Source: an uncultured Pelagibacteraceae bacterium (lineage in GTDB: Bacteria; Pseudomonadota; Alphaproteobacteria; Pelagibacterales; Pelagibacteraceae). From it: DNA of 64,000 nucleotides. This document shows positions 8,912 through 19,184 of this stretch, in pieces. Under the pieces are notes generated by a model. It was not told the origin of the DNA and made no database searches. It was given only the letters and a program-made list of their open reading frames with translations. Made by a program: the position numbers and the translations under genes. The first letter of the stretch is position 1. Each line of letters opens with the position of its first letter. The stretch lies in the NCBI GenBank assembly GCA_902532595.1, contig CACAIN010000001.1, positions 46,943 to 110,942 of the forward strand. Direction: 5' to 3'.

Positions 8912-11650
8912 TTAAATATTTTCTAAAACAGCCTTTTCACATCTTTCACATTTTTTATTGAGAATTTTCCAACATCTCGGGCACTTATTCCCTTGAGTTT
9001 TTTTGACCTCAATTATTAATTCTTCTTTTGTTTTATTTTTAATCATTTCGGCTTTTGACGTAATAAAATATTCTGCTAAATCTAAACCTTCTAATAATTG
9101 AAAATTTTTATCATCGACCAAAATCTTTAATTCAGCTTCTAAACTTGAACCAATTTCTTTGCTAGCTCTTTTTTCTTCAATTGCAATATTAGCTTCTTGT
9201 TTGATTTTAAAAAGTTTTTTCCATCTATCGTTAAGAATTTTATTTTCCCATTTTTGTGGAATTTTAGGAAAAACGTGCTCGTGAATGTTTTTTTCTTCTT
9301 TACTAACTAAACTGTATATCTCATCAGTAGTAAAGACAAATATTGGAGCAAACCATTTCAACAAACAATCTAAAATTATATTCAAAACTACAACACAATC
9401 TTTTCTCTTTTTTGAATTAATACTATCGCAATATAAAGTATCTTTTCTTATATCAAAATAAAATGATGAAAGATCTAAAGCACAAAAATTTAATAGTTCT
9501 TTGTATAATTTATGGAAATTATAATTTTTTAAATTCTCTTTAACTAAAGAGTCTAAATTAAAAAGTTTATGTAAAATATATTGTTCTAATTCATTTAAAT
9601 TTTTTATTTCCAATGAATCGAATGTTTGTCCTTGAAAATTGTCTTGGATATTTCCTAAAATAAATCTAAAAGTATTTCTAATTTTTCTATAGGATTCTGC
9701 ATGTTGCGCTAAGATACTTTTATCTATTCTTAAATCTTCAGCATAATCAGATGAGGCTACCCAAGCTCTTAGAATATCAGCTCCATAATTTTTTAGAATA
9801 TCTTCTGGAGAAATTACATTGCCTGATGATTTTGACATTTTTAAACCTTTTCCATCTACGACAAAACCGTGAGATAAGATGCTATTAAAAGGAGCTCTTC
9901 CTCTTGTTCCACATGACTCTAACAATGATGAGTGAAACCAGCCTCTATGTTGGTCTGAACCTTCAAGATACATATCGGCAGGCCATTTTAAATCTTTTCT
10001 TTTCTCTAAAACAAAACTATGAGTAGAACCACTATCAAACCATACTTCTACAATGTCATTAAGTTTTTCATAATCATTTGGATCATGGTCTTTTCCTAAA
10101 AATTTTTTTGCTTCATCTGTAAACCAACAATCAGATCCTTCTTTTTCGTAAATTTCTGCAATTCTATCTATTACTTTTTTATCTCTTAGTGGTTCCTTTG
10201 TTTTTTTGTTAATAAAAATAGGCAAAGGAACGCCCCAAACTCTTTGCCTTGAAACACACCAGTCTGGCCTTTCTTCAATCATAGAAAGCAATCGATCCTT
10301 ACCCTTTTCTGGATAAAAAGCTGTATTCTTTATTGCTTTAATAGCTTTATTTCTTAAAGAATTTTTTTCCATAGAAATAAACCACTGTGGTGTAGCTCTA
10401 TATATTAAAGGTGCTTTTGATCTCCATGAGTGAGGATAACTATGATGTAATTTGTTATCTTTTAGTAATTTATTTTGTTCTTTAAGTTTTTCTATCACTA
10501 GAGGATCGGCTTTAAAAATATGTGTATTAGTAAAATAAGGTACTTCTTTTGTATAAAGACCAGCATTGTCAACTGTATAACTTGATGGAATATTGTTCTT
10601 AAGGCATAAATTGAAATCATCTGGTCCATGACTAGGTGCACAATGAACTATCCCAGTTCCTTGCTCAAGATCTACAAAGCTTGCCTCTAGCATAGGAATA
10701 TCATAATCAAAATTCATCTCTGAAAAAGGATGGCTACAAATCGTTCCTTTAAATTCAGAGCCTTTAAAAGTTTTTAAAACTTTGTGATTTTCTATTCCAC
10801 AAGATTTAATAATTGAGTCAATTAAGTTATTAGCAACAACTATCTTTTTATCTTTAAAATGATCCAGATCATTAATTTCAAGCAGCGAATATTCGATATT
10901 GCCGTTAAATGCTAAAGCTTTATTTGCCGGGATAGTCCAAGGCGTGGTAGTCCAGATTATTATGCTTGAATCTTTAAGAAAATCTTTTTTAGTATTTTTA
11001 ACTTTGAAAGCAACAAAAATAGTATTCGAAGTATGATCCTTGTATTCAACTTCAGCATCTGCAAGGGCTGTTTTTTCAACTGTTGACCATAAAACGGGTT
11101 TGAATCCTTGGTAAAGACTACCATCTAAAAGAAATTTTCCAAGCTCTCTCACAATCTGGGCTTCAGCTTCATAGCTCATTGTTGAATAATAATTTTCAAA
11201 ATCTCCAACAACACCTAATCTTTGAAATTCTTTTATGTGAACTTGTATCCAATTTTTCGCAAACTCTCTGCACTCTTGTCTAAAATCTTTGATGGGAATT
11301 TCATCTTTATTTTTTTTCTTTTTTTTATATTGTTCTTCAATTTTCCATTCTATGGGAAGACCGTGACAGTCCCAACCAGGTACATAGACAGAATCTTTTC
11401 CATTCATTTGATGAAAACGAGTTATCATATCTTTTAAAATTTTATTGAGCGCAGTTCCCATATGAATATGGCCATTAGCATATGGAGGCCCATCGTGAAG
11501 AATAAATTTTTCTTTTCCTTTTGAATTTTTTCTTAACTTTTCAAAAATTTTATTTTTTTTCCATTTTTCTAAAATTAATGGTTCTTTAGTTGGCAAACTT
11601 GCCTTCATAGAAAAAGCGGTTTTTGGAAGATGTAAGTTGTCTTTAGACAT
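8912..11650 (-). CDS. ileS: Isoleucine-tRNA ligase
   Basis: HDGPPYANGHIHMGT (HIGH-like), WTTTPWT editing motif, KMSKS, C-terminal zinc finger. Confidence 0.98.
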   Translation of the reverse strand: MSKDNLHLPKTAFSMKASLPTKEPLILEKWKKNKIFEKLRKNSKGKEKFILHDGPPYANGHIHMGTALNKILKDMITRFHQMNGKDSVYVPGWDCHGLPIEWKIEEQYKKKKKNKDEIPIKDFRQECREFAKNWIQVHIKEFQRLGVVGDFENYYSTMSYEAEAQIVRELGKFLLDGSLYQGFKPVLWSTVEKTALADAEVEYKDHTSNTIFVAFKVKNTKKDFLKDSSIIIWTTTPWTIPANKALAFNGNIEYSLLEINDLDHFKDKKIVVANNLIDSIIKSCGIENHKVLKTFKGSEFKGTICSHPFSEMNFDYDIPMLEASFVDLEQGTGIVHCAPSHGPDDFNLCLKNNIPSSYTVDNAGLYTKEVPYFTNTHIFKADPLVIEKLKEQNKLLKDNKLHHSYPHSWRSKAPLIYRATPQWFISMEKNSLRNKAIKAIKNTAFYPEKGKDRLLSMIEERPDWCVSRQRVWGVPLPIFINKKTKEPLRDKKVIDRIAEIYEKEGSDCWFTDEAKKFLGKDHDPNDYEKLNDIVEVWFDSGSTHSFVLEKRKDLKWPADMYLEGSDQHRGWFHSSLLESCGTRGRAPFNSILSHGFVVDGKGLKMSKSSGNVISPEDILKNYGADILRAWVASSDYAEDLRIDKSILAQHAESYRKIRNTFRFILGNIQDNFQGQTFDSLEIKNLNELEQYILHKLFNLDSLVKENLKNYNFHKLYKELLNFCALDLSSFYFDIRKDTLYCDSINSKKRKDCVVVLNIILDCLLKWFAPIFVFTTDEIYSLVSKEEKNIHEHVFPKIPQKWENKILNDRWKKLFKIKQEANIAIEEKRASKEIGSSLEAELKILVDDKNFQLLEGLDLAEYFITSKAEMIKNKTKEELIIEVKKTQGNKCPRCWKILNKKCERCEKAVLENI

Positions 11651-12557
11651 TTTTTTTAGCTTGAATTATATCAATTTTTATTTGTTTCTTTAATTGTTCT
11701 AAACCCTTAAATTTTTTTTCAGATCTTATAAATCTTATAAAGTTAACCTCAATCTCTTTATTATATAAGTTTTTATTAATTCCAAATATATTCACTTCTA
11801 ATAGTAAATTTTGGCTATTAAATGTTGGTCTATAACCTATATTGGCTATACCTTTTTTTTTGAAATATTTCGTTTTAGCTATTACAGAATAAACTCCGAG
11901 TTTAGGAACTATATAATCCTTTAAGTTAATATTGCAGGTTGGAAATCCAATTTTTCTTCCTCTTCTATGACCTTTAATAACTTTTCCTTGAATGCACCAA
12001 TTTCGATTTAATAACTTATTAACTTCATAAATTTTTCCTTGAGAAATTTTTTTTCTTATAATAGTGGAAGAAATGACTCTAGTTATTTTTTTTAAAGGAC
12101 TAGTAACTACAGTTCTATAATTATACAAATTCGAATATTTTTTAAGTGTTCTAATATTTCCTTTTCTTTTAAATCCAAATTTAAAATTATTGCTTACATA
12201 TAAAAATTTACATTTTGTTTTTTTGAAAATTATTTTATTTATAAATTTTTCAGCTGAAAGTTGAGAAAAATTTTTGTTAAAATTTATTATTATTAAGAAA
12301 TCTACTTTCAATTTTTTAAGTTGATTTTTTTTTTGGATAAGTGAGTTAATACGGTGGTTCTTAAGCTTTTTATTAAAAAACATTGCTGGCATAGGTTCAA
12401 AAGTAATAATTCCGAAAGGTAATCTATTTTTTTTTGCTTTTTGTCTTGCTTGATTAATTACTTTTTGATGACCCAAGTGTATTCCATCAAAATTTCCAAT
12501 AGCTACAACACTATCCTGATGTTTTTTATTTATTATAAGATTATTATAAATTTTCAT
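11643..12557 (-). CDS. ribF: Bifunctional riboflavin kinase/FAD synthetase
   Basis: GNFDGIHLGHQ, ISST.IR, GFPTCN, NIGYRPTF. Confidence 0.96.
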   Translation of the reverse strand: MKIYNNLIINKKHQDSVVAIGNFDGIHLGHQKVINQARQKAKKNRLPFGIITFEPMPAMFFNKKLKNHRINSLIQKKNQLKKLKVDFLIIINFNKNFSQLSAEKFINKIIFKKTKCKFLYVSNNFKFGFKRKGNIRTLKKYSNLYNYRTVVTSPLKKITRVISSTIIRKKISQGKIYEVNKLLNRNWCIQGKVIKGHRRGRKIGFPTCNINLKDYIVPKLGVYSVIAKTKYFKKKGIANIGYRPTFNSQNLLLEVNIFGINKNLYNKEIEVNFIRFIRSEKKFKGLEQLKKQIKIDIIQAKKNV

Positions 12558-12558
12558 T

Positions 12559-13374
12559 TTACCACTTAAGTTCTCTTTGAAAAAAATTGGTTTTTACATT
12601 ATATCTTTTTAATAAAGCTGGTAGCTCTTCATCATTTTTAATTTCATTTCTATGAACACCATTGTAGATAAATAAACTATCTAAGTTAAGATTATTTGCG
12701 CCTTTAATATCTGTTCTTAAGTTATCCCCTATAGCTAGAACCTTTTCTCCTAGATTAAAGCACATTTCGTAAATTTCCTTATACGGTTTCCCGTAATATA
12801 TAACTTTGCCTCCTAAAGTCTCAAAAGTTTTTGCTACTGCTCCGGCACAAAGTTCTTCGATGTTACCTCTATGAACTATTAGGTCGGGATTTGTACATAT
12901 AAATTTTTTAGAAATGTGGTCCTTAAGTAAATCCTTGTAATAATTTAAATCTTTTTCATGCTCTTCAAAAAGACCTGTACAAAGTATGAAATCACAGCCA
13001 TTTAAAGACGTCTTATTTTTCGATAATTTTTCAAATATTGATTGGTCTCGGGATGGTCCAAGATGATAAAATTTTTTTCCAAATTTATTTTGATTAATTG
13101 CATGCATTGCTGCCTCGCCAGATGTTATTACTTTAGATAAAAATTTCTCACTCATTTTCATTCTTCTTAAAAATTCAATAACTTTAGAGCTAGGTCTAGG
13201 AGCATTAGATAAAAATACAATTTTTTTTGAATTTTCACTTAAATTTTCAACCACTTCTATTGCTTTTGGATTTAAAGATATTCCGTTATGCATTACTCCC
13301 CATAAATCTATTATGTAGGTGTCGTAAGAATGAAATATCTCAGATAAATGATTTAAGTCTCTCAATTTTTGCAA
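12559..13374 (-). CDS. HAD-superfamily class IIA hydrolase (TIGR01459-like)
   Basis: DLWGVMHNG, SNAPR, CTNPD, GKP, IGDNLRTDIKGA; TTG start. Confidence 0.88.
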   Translation of the reverse strand: MQKLRDLNHLSEIFHSYDTYIIDLWGVMHNGISLNPKAIEVVENLSENSKKIVFLSNAPRPSSKVIEFLRRMKMSEKFLSKVITSGEAAMHAINQNKFGKKFYHLGPSRDQSIFEKLSKNKTSLNGCDFILCTGLFEEHEKDLNYYKDLLKDHISKKFICTNPDLIVHRGNIEELCAGAVAKTFETLGGKVIYYGKPYKEIYEMCFNLGEKVLAIGDNLRTDIKGANNLNLDSLFIYNGVHRNEIKNDEELPALLKRYNVKTNFFQRELKW

Positions 13375-13435
13375 TCTCTCTTAAGTTTATCATCTAAAAT
13401 ATAGCAATTTAGCCTATTTTTAATGATTTTCGCCT

Positions 13436-13463
13436 CTTGAAATCTTTATAAAACTCACCATAT
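13436..13463 (+). promoter_or_regulatory. Candidate RpoH (sigma32) promoter of groESL
   Basis: CTTGAA (13436-13441), 16-nt spacer, CCATAT (13458-13463); fits the alphaproteobacterial RpoH consensus. Confidence 0.7.
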
Positions 13464-13495
13464 CAGCCCTACATAAAAATTACAGGAGAATATGT

Positions 13496-13792
13496 ATGAA
13501 ATTTAGACCCTTGCACGACCGTGTGCTTATTAAAGTATTAGACAGTGAAGAAAAAACTGCGGGTGGAATAATTATCCCAGACACAGCAAAAGAAAAACCA
13601 CAAGAAGGTGAAGTAGTTGCTGTTGGTCCCGGAGGTAAAAATGAAGATGGAAAATTAACACCAATGGACGTTAAAGTCGGAGATATAGTTCTTTTTGGTA
13701 AATGGTCAGGCACAGAAGTAAAAATTGACGGTAAAGAATATAGTATTATGAAAGAATCTGACATAATGGGAATTTCAAAAGGCAAAAAATAA
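13496..13792 (+). CDS. groES: Co-chaperonin GroES
   Basis: [27 protein letters not shown]; AGGAG RBS. Confidence 0.99.
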   Translation: MKFRPLHDRVLIKVLDSEEKTAGGIIIPDTAKEKPQEGEVVAVGPGGKNEDGKLTPMDVKVGDIVLFGKWSGTEVKIDGKEYSIMKESDIMGISKGKK

Positions 13793-13799
13793 CTTTTAA

Positions 13800-15464
<1,665 letters not shown>

Positions 15465-15470
15465 TCCCAA

Positions 15471-16148
15471 TCAAATTAACGAATTTAAAAAAGGCTGCAT
15501 TTTTGCAGCCTTTTTTTTTGAAAATAACACACACGCTTGTGATTTTAAAATCAATCCATCTTTTAAAATTCTAAGATTATTATCTTTTAAAGTTTTTCCA
15601 GTTGAACTGATATCTGTGATAATTTCTGAAGAACCAATAAAAGGATAGGTTTCTGTGGCCCCAAGACTTGGTACTAGTTTATATTGCGTAACACCTTTTG
15701 AAACGAGAAAATTATTTGTCAAGTTAGGATATTTGGTTGCAACTCGTAATCTAGTATTTTTTTTATCTCTGAAGTCAAAAGATACTTCCTCTAAATCGGC
15801 AACAGTTTGTACATCTATCCAGTTATCGGGAATAGCAATTACAAGATTTGCCATACCAAAGTTTAATTTTTTCTTAACCTCAATTTTTTTTTTTAGATTA
15901 ATTGGTGATTCATTTAAGAGATCTAATCCTGATATTCCTATATCAAGAGTGCCGTCACCAAGTCTCTGTATAATTTCTTTCGCATGCAAATAAATAATTT
16001 TTATATTTGGAAAATTTTCAACTTCTGCAAAATAATTTCTTTCTGCTCCATTAGATATCAGTTTTAAATTATTTTTTTCAAGAAAATTTATTGAACCTTC
16101 TCTTAATCTACCTTTGCTTGGCAAGCCTATGGATATTAAATTTTTCAT
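15471..16148 (-). CDS. hisG: ATP phosphoribosyltransferase, short catalytic form
   Basis: GLPSKGRL, DIGISGLD, VATKYPN, DISSTGKTL..N.L; no C-terminal regulatory domain. Confidence 0.95.
   Translation of the reverse strand: MKNLISIGLPSKGRLREGSINFLEKNNLKLISNGAERNYFAEVENFPNIKIIYLHAKEIIQRLGDGTLDIGISGLDLLNESPINLKKKIEVKKKLNFGMANLVIAIPDNWIDVQTVADLEEVSFDFRDKKNTRLRVATKYPNLTNNFLVSKGVTQYKLVPSLGATETYPFIGSSEIITDISSTGKTLKDNNLRILKDGLILKSQACVLFSKKKAAKMQPFLNSLI
15487..15519 (+). terminator. Intrinsic terminator for groESL embedded in the 3' end of convergent hisG
   Basis: A6-GGCTGCA-TTTT-TGCAGCC-T9. Confidence 0.85.
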
Positions 16149-17197
16149 GTTTTTAAATTATTTAAGTTTATTGCCGCTCCAACAGCTGAAATATTCTTTT
16201 TAGACCCAAGACTTTTCAATAGGCCATCGTACCTTCCGCCTCTTGCTATCTCTTTTTTTGAAGAATCATAAATCTCAAACACTACTCCAGTATAATATTC
16301 AATATCCCTACCAAAGTTTGTTGAAAAAACTATTTTAGAATTTATTTTTGAAAAGTTTTTTATAGTTGATAAATCTTTAAAAACATTTTTTCCTAAATTA
16401 TTTTTTTTAACAAAACTTTTTAAATTTTTTTCTAATTTATCAATTGAACAATTAATTTTTAAAAATTCTCTAATAATTTTTACTATTCTTTTGTTTTCAT
16501 TAAATGATCTTGGGTCTTTTATCTTTTTATCAAATCTAGATAAAATTTCAGAAACTTTTCGGTTTGCAATTTCTTTGTTTTGATCAAAATTTTTCATCTC
16601 AGAAAACTTTTTTTTATCTAGCTCAACTGCAGCAGGATCTACATCAGAATTAGTTTCAAGTCTATTAAGCAGATCCTCAAAATATTGCGGTCTCCAAAAG
16701 TGTCTCTTTAATCTCATCTTCCATCTTTCTGGAATTTTTAAAGACTCTATTAACTTTTGAAACAAGCTAACATCACCCACTTTGATAGAAGTTTTTTTTA
16801 TTTTTATCTTTTCAATTGAATTAGTAATTGTTTTTAAAACTTTTAAATCATCGATAGATCTATATTTAGAACTAAATATCTCTATTCCCAGCTGATCATT
16901 AATAACTTTATCTTTTGGATTCTTTGATCTTCTATAGGCCTGCCCAGAATAGTAGATTTTTGAATTTGCTTTAGAATTATCTTTTAAATATTTTATGCAG
17001 GAAGCAACGGTCAAATCTGGTCTTAAACACATACTTTTGCCAGCATCATCTTCAAAGGTGAGCATTAGCTTTCTAAAATTTTCACCTGATCTTTGAATAA
17101 TATAATCGGAATCTAAAAGAACATCTGGTTCGGATAAAACAAAACCATCTTTCTTAAAAACTTTTATTATATTTTCAGGATAATTTTTTGATTTCAT
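16145..17197 (-). CDS. hisZ: ATP phosphoribosyltransferase regulatory subunit
   Basis: HisRS-like LRPDLT, YYTG.VF, GGRYD; lies between hisS and short hisG. Confidence 0.9.
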   Translation of the reverse strand: MKSKNYPENIIKVFKKDGFVLSEPDVLLDSDYIIQRSGENFRKLMLTFEDDAGKSMCLRPDLTVASCIKYLKDNSKANSKIYYSGQAYRRSKNPKDKVINDQLGIEIFSSKYRSIDDLKVLKTITNSIEKIKIKKTSIKVGDVSLFQKLIESLKIPERWKMRLKRHFWRPQYFEDLLNRLETNSDVDPAAVELDKKKFSEMKNFDQNKEIANRKVSEILSRFDKKIKDPRSFNENKRIVKIIREFLKINCSIDKLEKNLKSFVKKNNLGKNVFKDLSTIKNFSKINSKIVFSTNFGRDIEYYTGVVFEIYDSSKKEIARGGRYDGLLKSLGSKKNISAVGAAINLNNLKT

Positions 17198-18509
17198 TTG
17201 CTAGATCGTCAATTTCAACTGAGCTTTCGTTACCAGTTTCAAGATTTTTTAAAGTTGCTTTTCCTGATTTTATTTCATCATCCCCATACAGAATAACAGC
17301 TGGTGAACCTATTTTATTTGCATACTCCATTTGTTTTTTTAGCTTTCCCTCTCCTGGATAAATTTCAGAACTAATATTTGAATTTCTCAGCTTATTTAAT
17401 ATTTGAATATATTCTTTAATTTTATCTTTATCAAAAACACATATAATTATCGGTCGTGTAGATTTGATTTTAAAATCTTTTTTTTGCATTAAAGCAAATA
17501 CGAATCTATCAAGACCAATTGATATTCCTGTAGCAGGACAATCAAGATTTCCAAAATTGCTAACTAAATTATCATATCTTCCCCCGCCACCTATCGATCC
17601 AAACTGAATAGCCTGTCCTTTTGAATTTTTTACCTCAAAATTCAAATTAACCTCAAAAATAAGTCCTGTGTAATATTCTAATCCTCTTATAACTGATGGA
17701 TCAAATTTATAATTTTTAAAATTATAAGCTTTAAATATTTTTATAATTTCTAAAACATCTTCACTATCAACTGTTTTACTCTTTAAAGTGTTTTCTATTA
17801 TTTTAATCTGATCGTCTTTAAGTTGTGCGCCTTTTGTATAATCGCCTGATTTATCTTTTCTACCTTGGCCAAGAAGTTTCTTTGCTTCTACCCAACCAAG
17901 TCTATCTATTTTATCAAGAGCCCTGAGTGTTGTTGATATTTGATCTTTCGATTTGATTTTTAATTGTTCAAATAATTTATCTGTAAATTTTCTAGAAGAA
18001 ATTTTAACTGTATAGTCAGTCTTATCTAGTCCACATTTTTCTAATATTTCAGATATTAATACGCAAAGTTCTGCGTCAGCTTGTGGATTTTTTGTTCCTA
18101 CATAATCCGCATCAAATTGTAAAAATTCTCTAAATCTTCCAGGTCCTGGCTTTTCATTTCTCCAAACTGATCCCAATTGATAACGTTTGAAAGGTTTTGG
18201 AAGTTCAAGATAGTTTTTTGCAACATATCTTGCTAGCGGAGCAGTAAGATCGTATCTAAGAGATAGCCAATTCTTTTCATCCTTAAAAGAAAATACTCCT
18301 TGGTCTGGTCTGTCTTTATCAGGTAAAAATTTTCCAATACTATCTGTGTACTCGAAGCTTGGTGTTTCGAGATATTGAAAACCGTACTTAATCATAACTT
18401 CTTTAATATTAGAAATTACAAAATCACGTATTAATAATTCTTTTTCCTGTCTGTCGACAAATCCTAAAGGTAATTCCTTTGAAGGTTTTGTTTTTTTATC
18501 TTTTGCCAT
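17175..18509 (-). CDS. hisS: Histidine-tRNA ligase (start is ATG 18509, MAKDKK; the track extension overlaps the tRNA)
   Basis: LRYDLTAP, WRNEKPGPGRFREFLQFD, RGLEYYTG, GGGRYD. Confidence 0.96.
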   Translation of the reverse strand: MAKDKKTKPSKELPLGFVDRQEKELLIRDFVISNIKEVMIKYGFQYLETPSFEYTDSIGKFLPDKDRPDQGVFSFKDEKNWLSLRYDLTAPLARYVAKNYLELPKPFKRYQLGSVWRNEKPGPGRFREFLQFDADYVGTKNPQADAELCVLISEILEKCGLDKTDYTVKISSRKFTDKLFEQLKIKSKDQISTTLRALDKIDRLGWVEAKKLLGQGRKDKSGDYTKGAQLKDDQIKIIENTLKSKTVDSEDVLEIIKIFKAYNFKNYKFDPSVIRGLEYYTGLIFEVNLNFEVKNSKGQAIQFGSIGGGGRYDNLVSNFGNLDCPATGISIGLDRFVFALMQKKDFKIKSTRPIIICVFDKDKIKEYIQILNKLRNSNISSEIYPGEGKLKKQMEYANKIGSPAVILYGDDEIKSGKATLKNLETGNESSVEIDDLANEIKKLS

Positions 18510-18513
18510 TTTT

Positions 18514-18590
18514 TGGTACAGCAGGGTGGATTCGAACCACCGACCCCTAGTTCCACAAACTAGTGCTCTAACCAACTGAGCTACTGCTGC
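18514..18590 (-). tRNA. tRNA-His(GTG) with encoded CCA
   Basis: Minus-strand cloverleaf: acceptor GCAGCAG/CTGCTGT-A-CCA, anticodon arm CTAGT-TTGTGGA-ACTAG, T-loop GGTTCGAATCC. Confidence 0.97.
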
Positions 18591-18638
18591 GTCCTTTCTA
18601 TATTTATCTTAATTTTTGTTAAATTTATATATTTTTGA

Positions 18639-18716
18639 TTATAAGCTAAGCAATAGCCTAGCGTGCATTCTGTGAGAATGTGATTGTAGAATAGAAATTT
18701 TGTTTTTTATAATCAT
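18639..18716 (-). CDS. Putative 25-aa His-rich leader peptide MIIKNKISILQSHSHRMHARLLLSL (not in ORF track)
   Basis: ATG 18716 to TAA 18639; 3 His in 6 codons; candidate promoter TTGAAA-17-TAAATA ends 7 nt before the ATG. Confidence 0.45.
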   Translation of the reverse strand: MIIKNKISILQSHSHRMHARLLLSL

Positions 18717-18754
18717 TGATTTGTATTTAAGAAATAATTGTGTCTTTTTCAAGG

Positions 18755-18797
18755 AAAAATTACCGGGACAAAAAACTAATTAAAGCTCTATGTCCCG
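18755..18797 (-). terminator. Stem-loop/terminator downstream of the csp gene
   Basis: Minus strand CGGGACA-TAGAGCT / AGTTTTT-TGTCCCG with G-U pairs, followed by GTAATTTTT. Confidence 0.6.
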
Positions 18798-18824
18798 TTA
18801 ATCTGTGATTTGGAAAATTTAGAA

Positions 18825-19037
18825 TTAAGATGTTTTCTGCAATTTAACTGCAGCAGGACCTTTTTCCGTGCTCTCCACTTCAAACGTTAATTCATCACCT
18901 TCGTTTAAATATTTTAAACCAGCTTCTCTAACTGCTGAAGAATGAACGAACACGTCTTTTTCTTTGTCTTCTCTTTCAATAAAACCATAACCTTTGGTAC
19001 CATTGAACCACTTAACTTTACCTTTTAGTGTACTCAT
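18825..19037 (-). CDS. Cold-shock domain RNA-binding protein (CspA family)
   Basis: GKVKWFN, KGYGFI (RNP1), DVFVH (RNP2). Confidence 0.97.
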   Translation of the reverse strand: MSTLKGKVKWFNGTKGYGFIEREDKEKDVFVHSSAVREAGLKYLNEGDELTFEVESTEKGPAAVKLQKTS

Positions 19038-19070
19038 ATTGTTTACGTTTCCTTATTTGTTATTAACTTT

Positions 19071-19125
19071 AGTTAGTAAATTACTAACTTCAGAACCTTA
19101 AATAGACTTGTCGCTTGAATGTCAA
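19071..19125 (-). promoter_or_regulatory. csp promoter (-35 TTGACA) and perfect 9-1-9 inverted repeat in the 5' leader
   Basis: TTGACA at 19125-19120 on the minus strand; AGTTAGTAA-A-TTACTAACT at 19071-19089. Confidence 0.55.
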
Positions 19126-19184
19126 TACTGGAATTCCAATAGATGACTAAAATAATCTAAAAAATTGTCTTTTTGCAACAGTTA

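Noticed and set aside
13375-13495. CIRCE element before groESL
   Set aside because: No TTAGCACTC-N9-GAGTGCTAA is present; only an RpoH-like promoter.
18510-18575. 22-aa N-terminal extension of HisS in the ORF track
   Set aside because: It is a translation through the tRNA-His gene; the real start is ATG 18509.
18514-18590. tRNA-His as an integration site
   Set aside because: No duplicated 3' end, integrase or foreign genes nearby; hisS follows directly.
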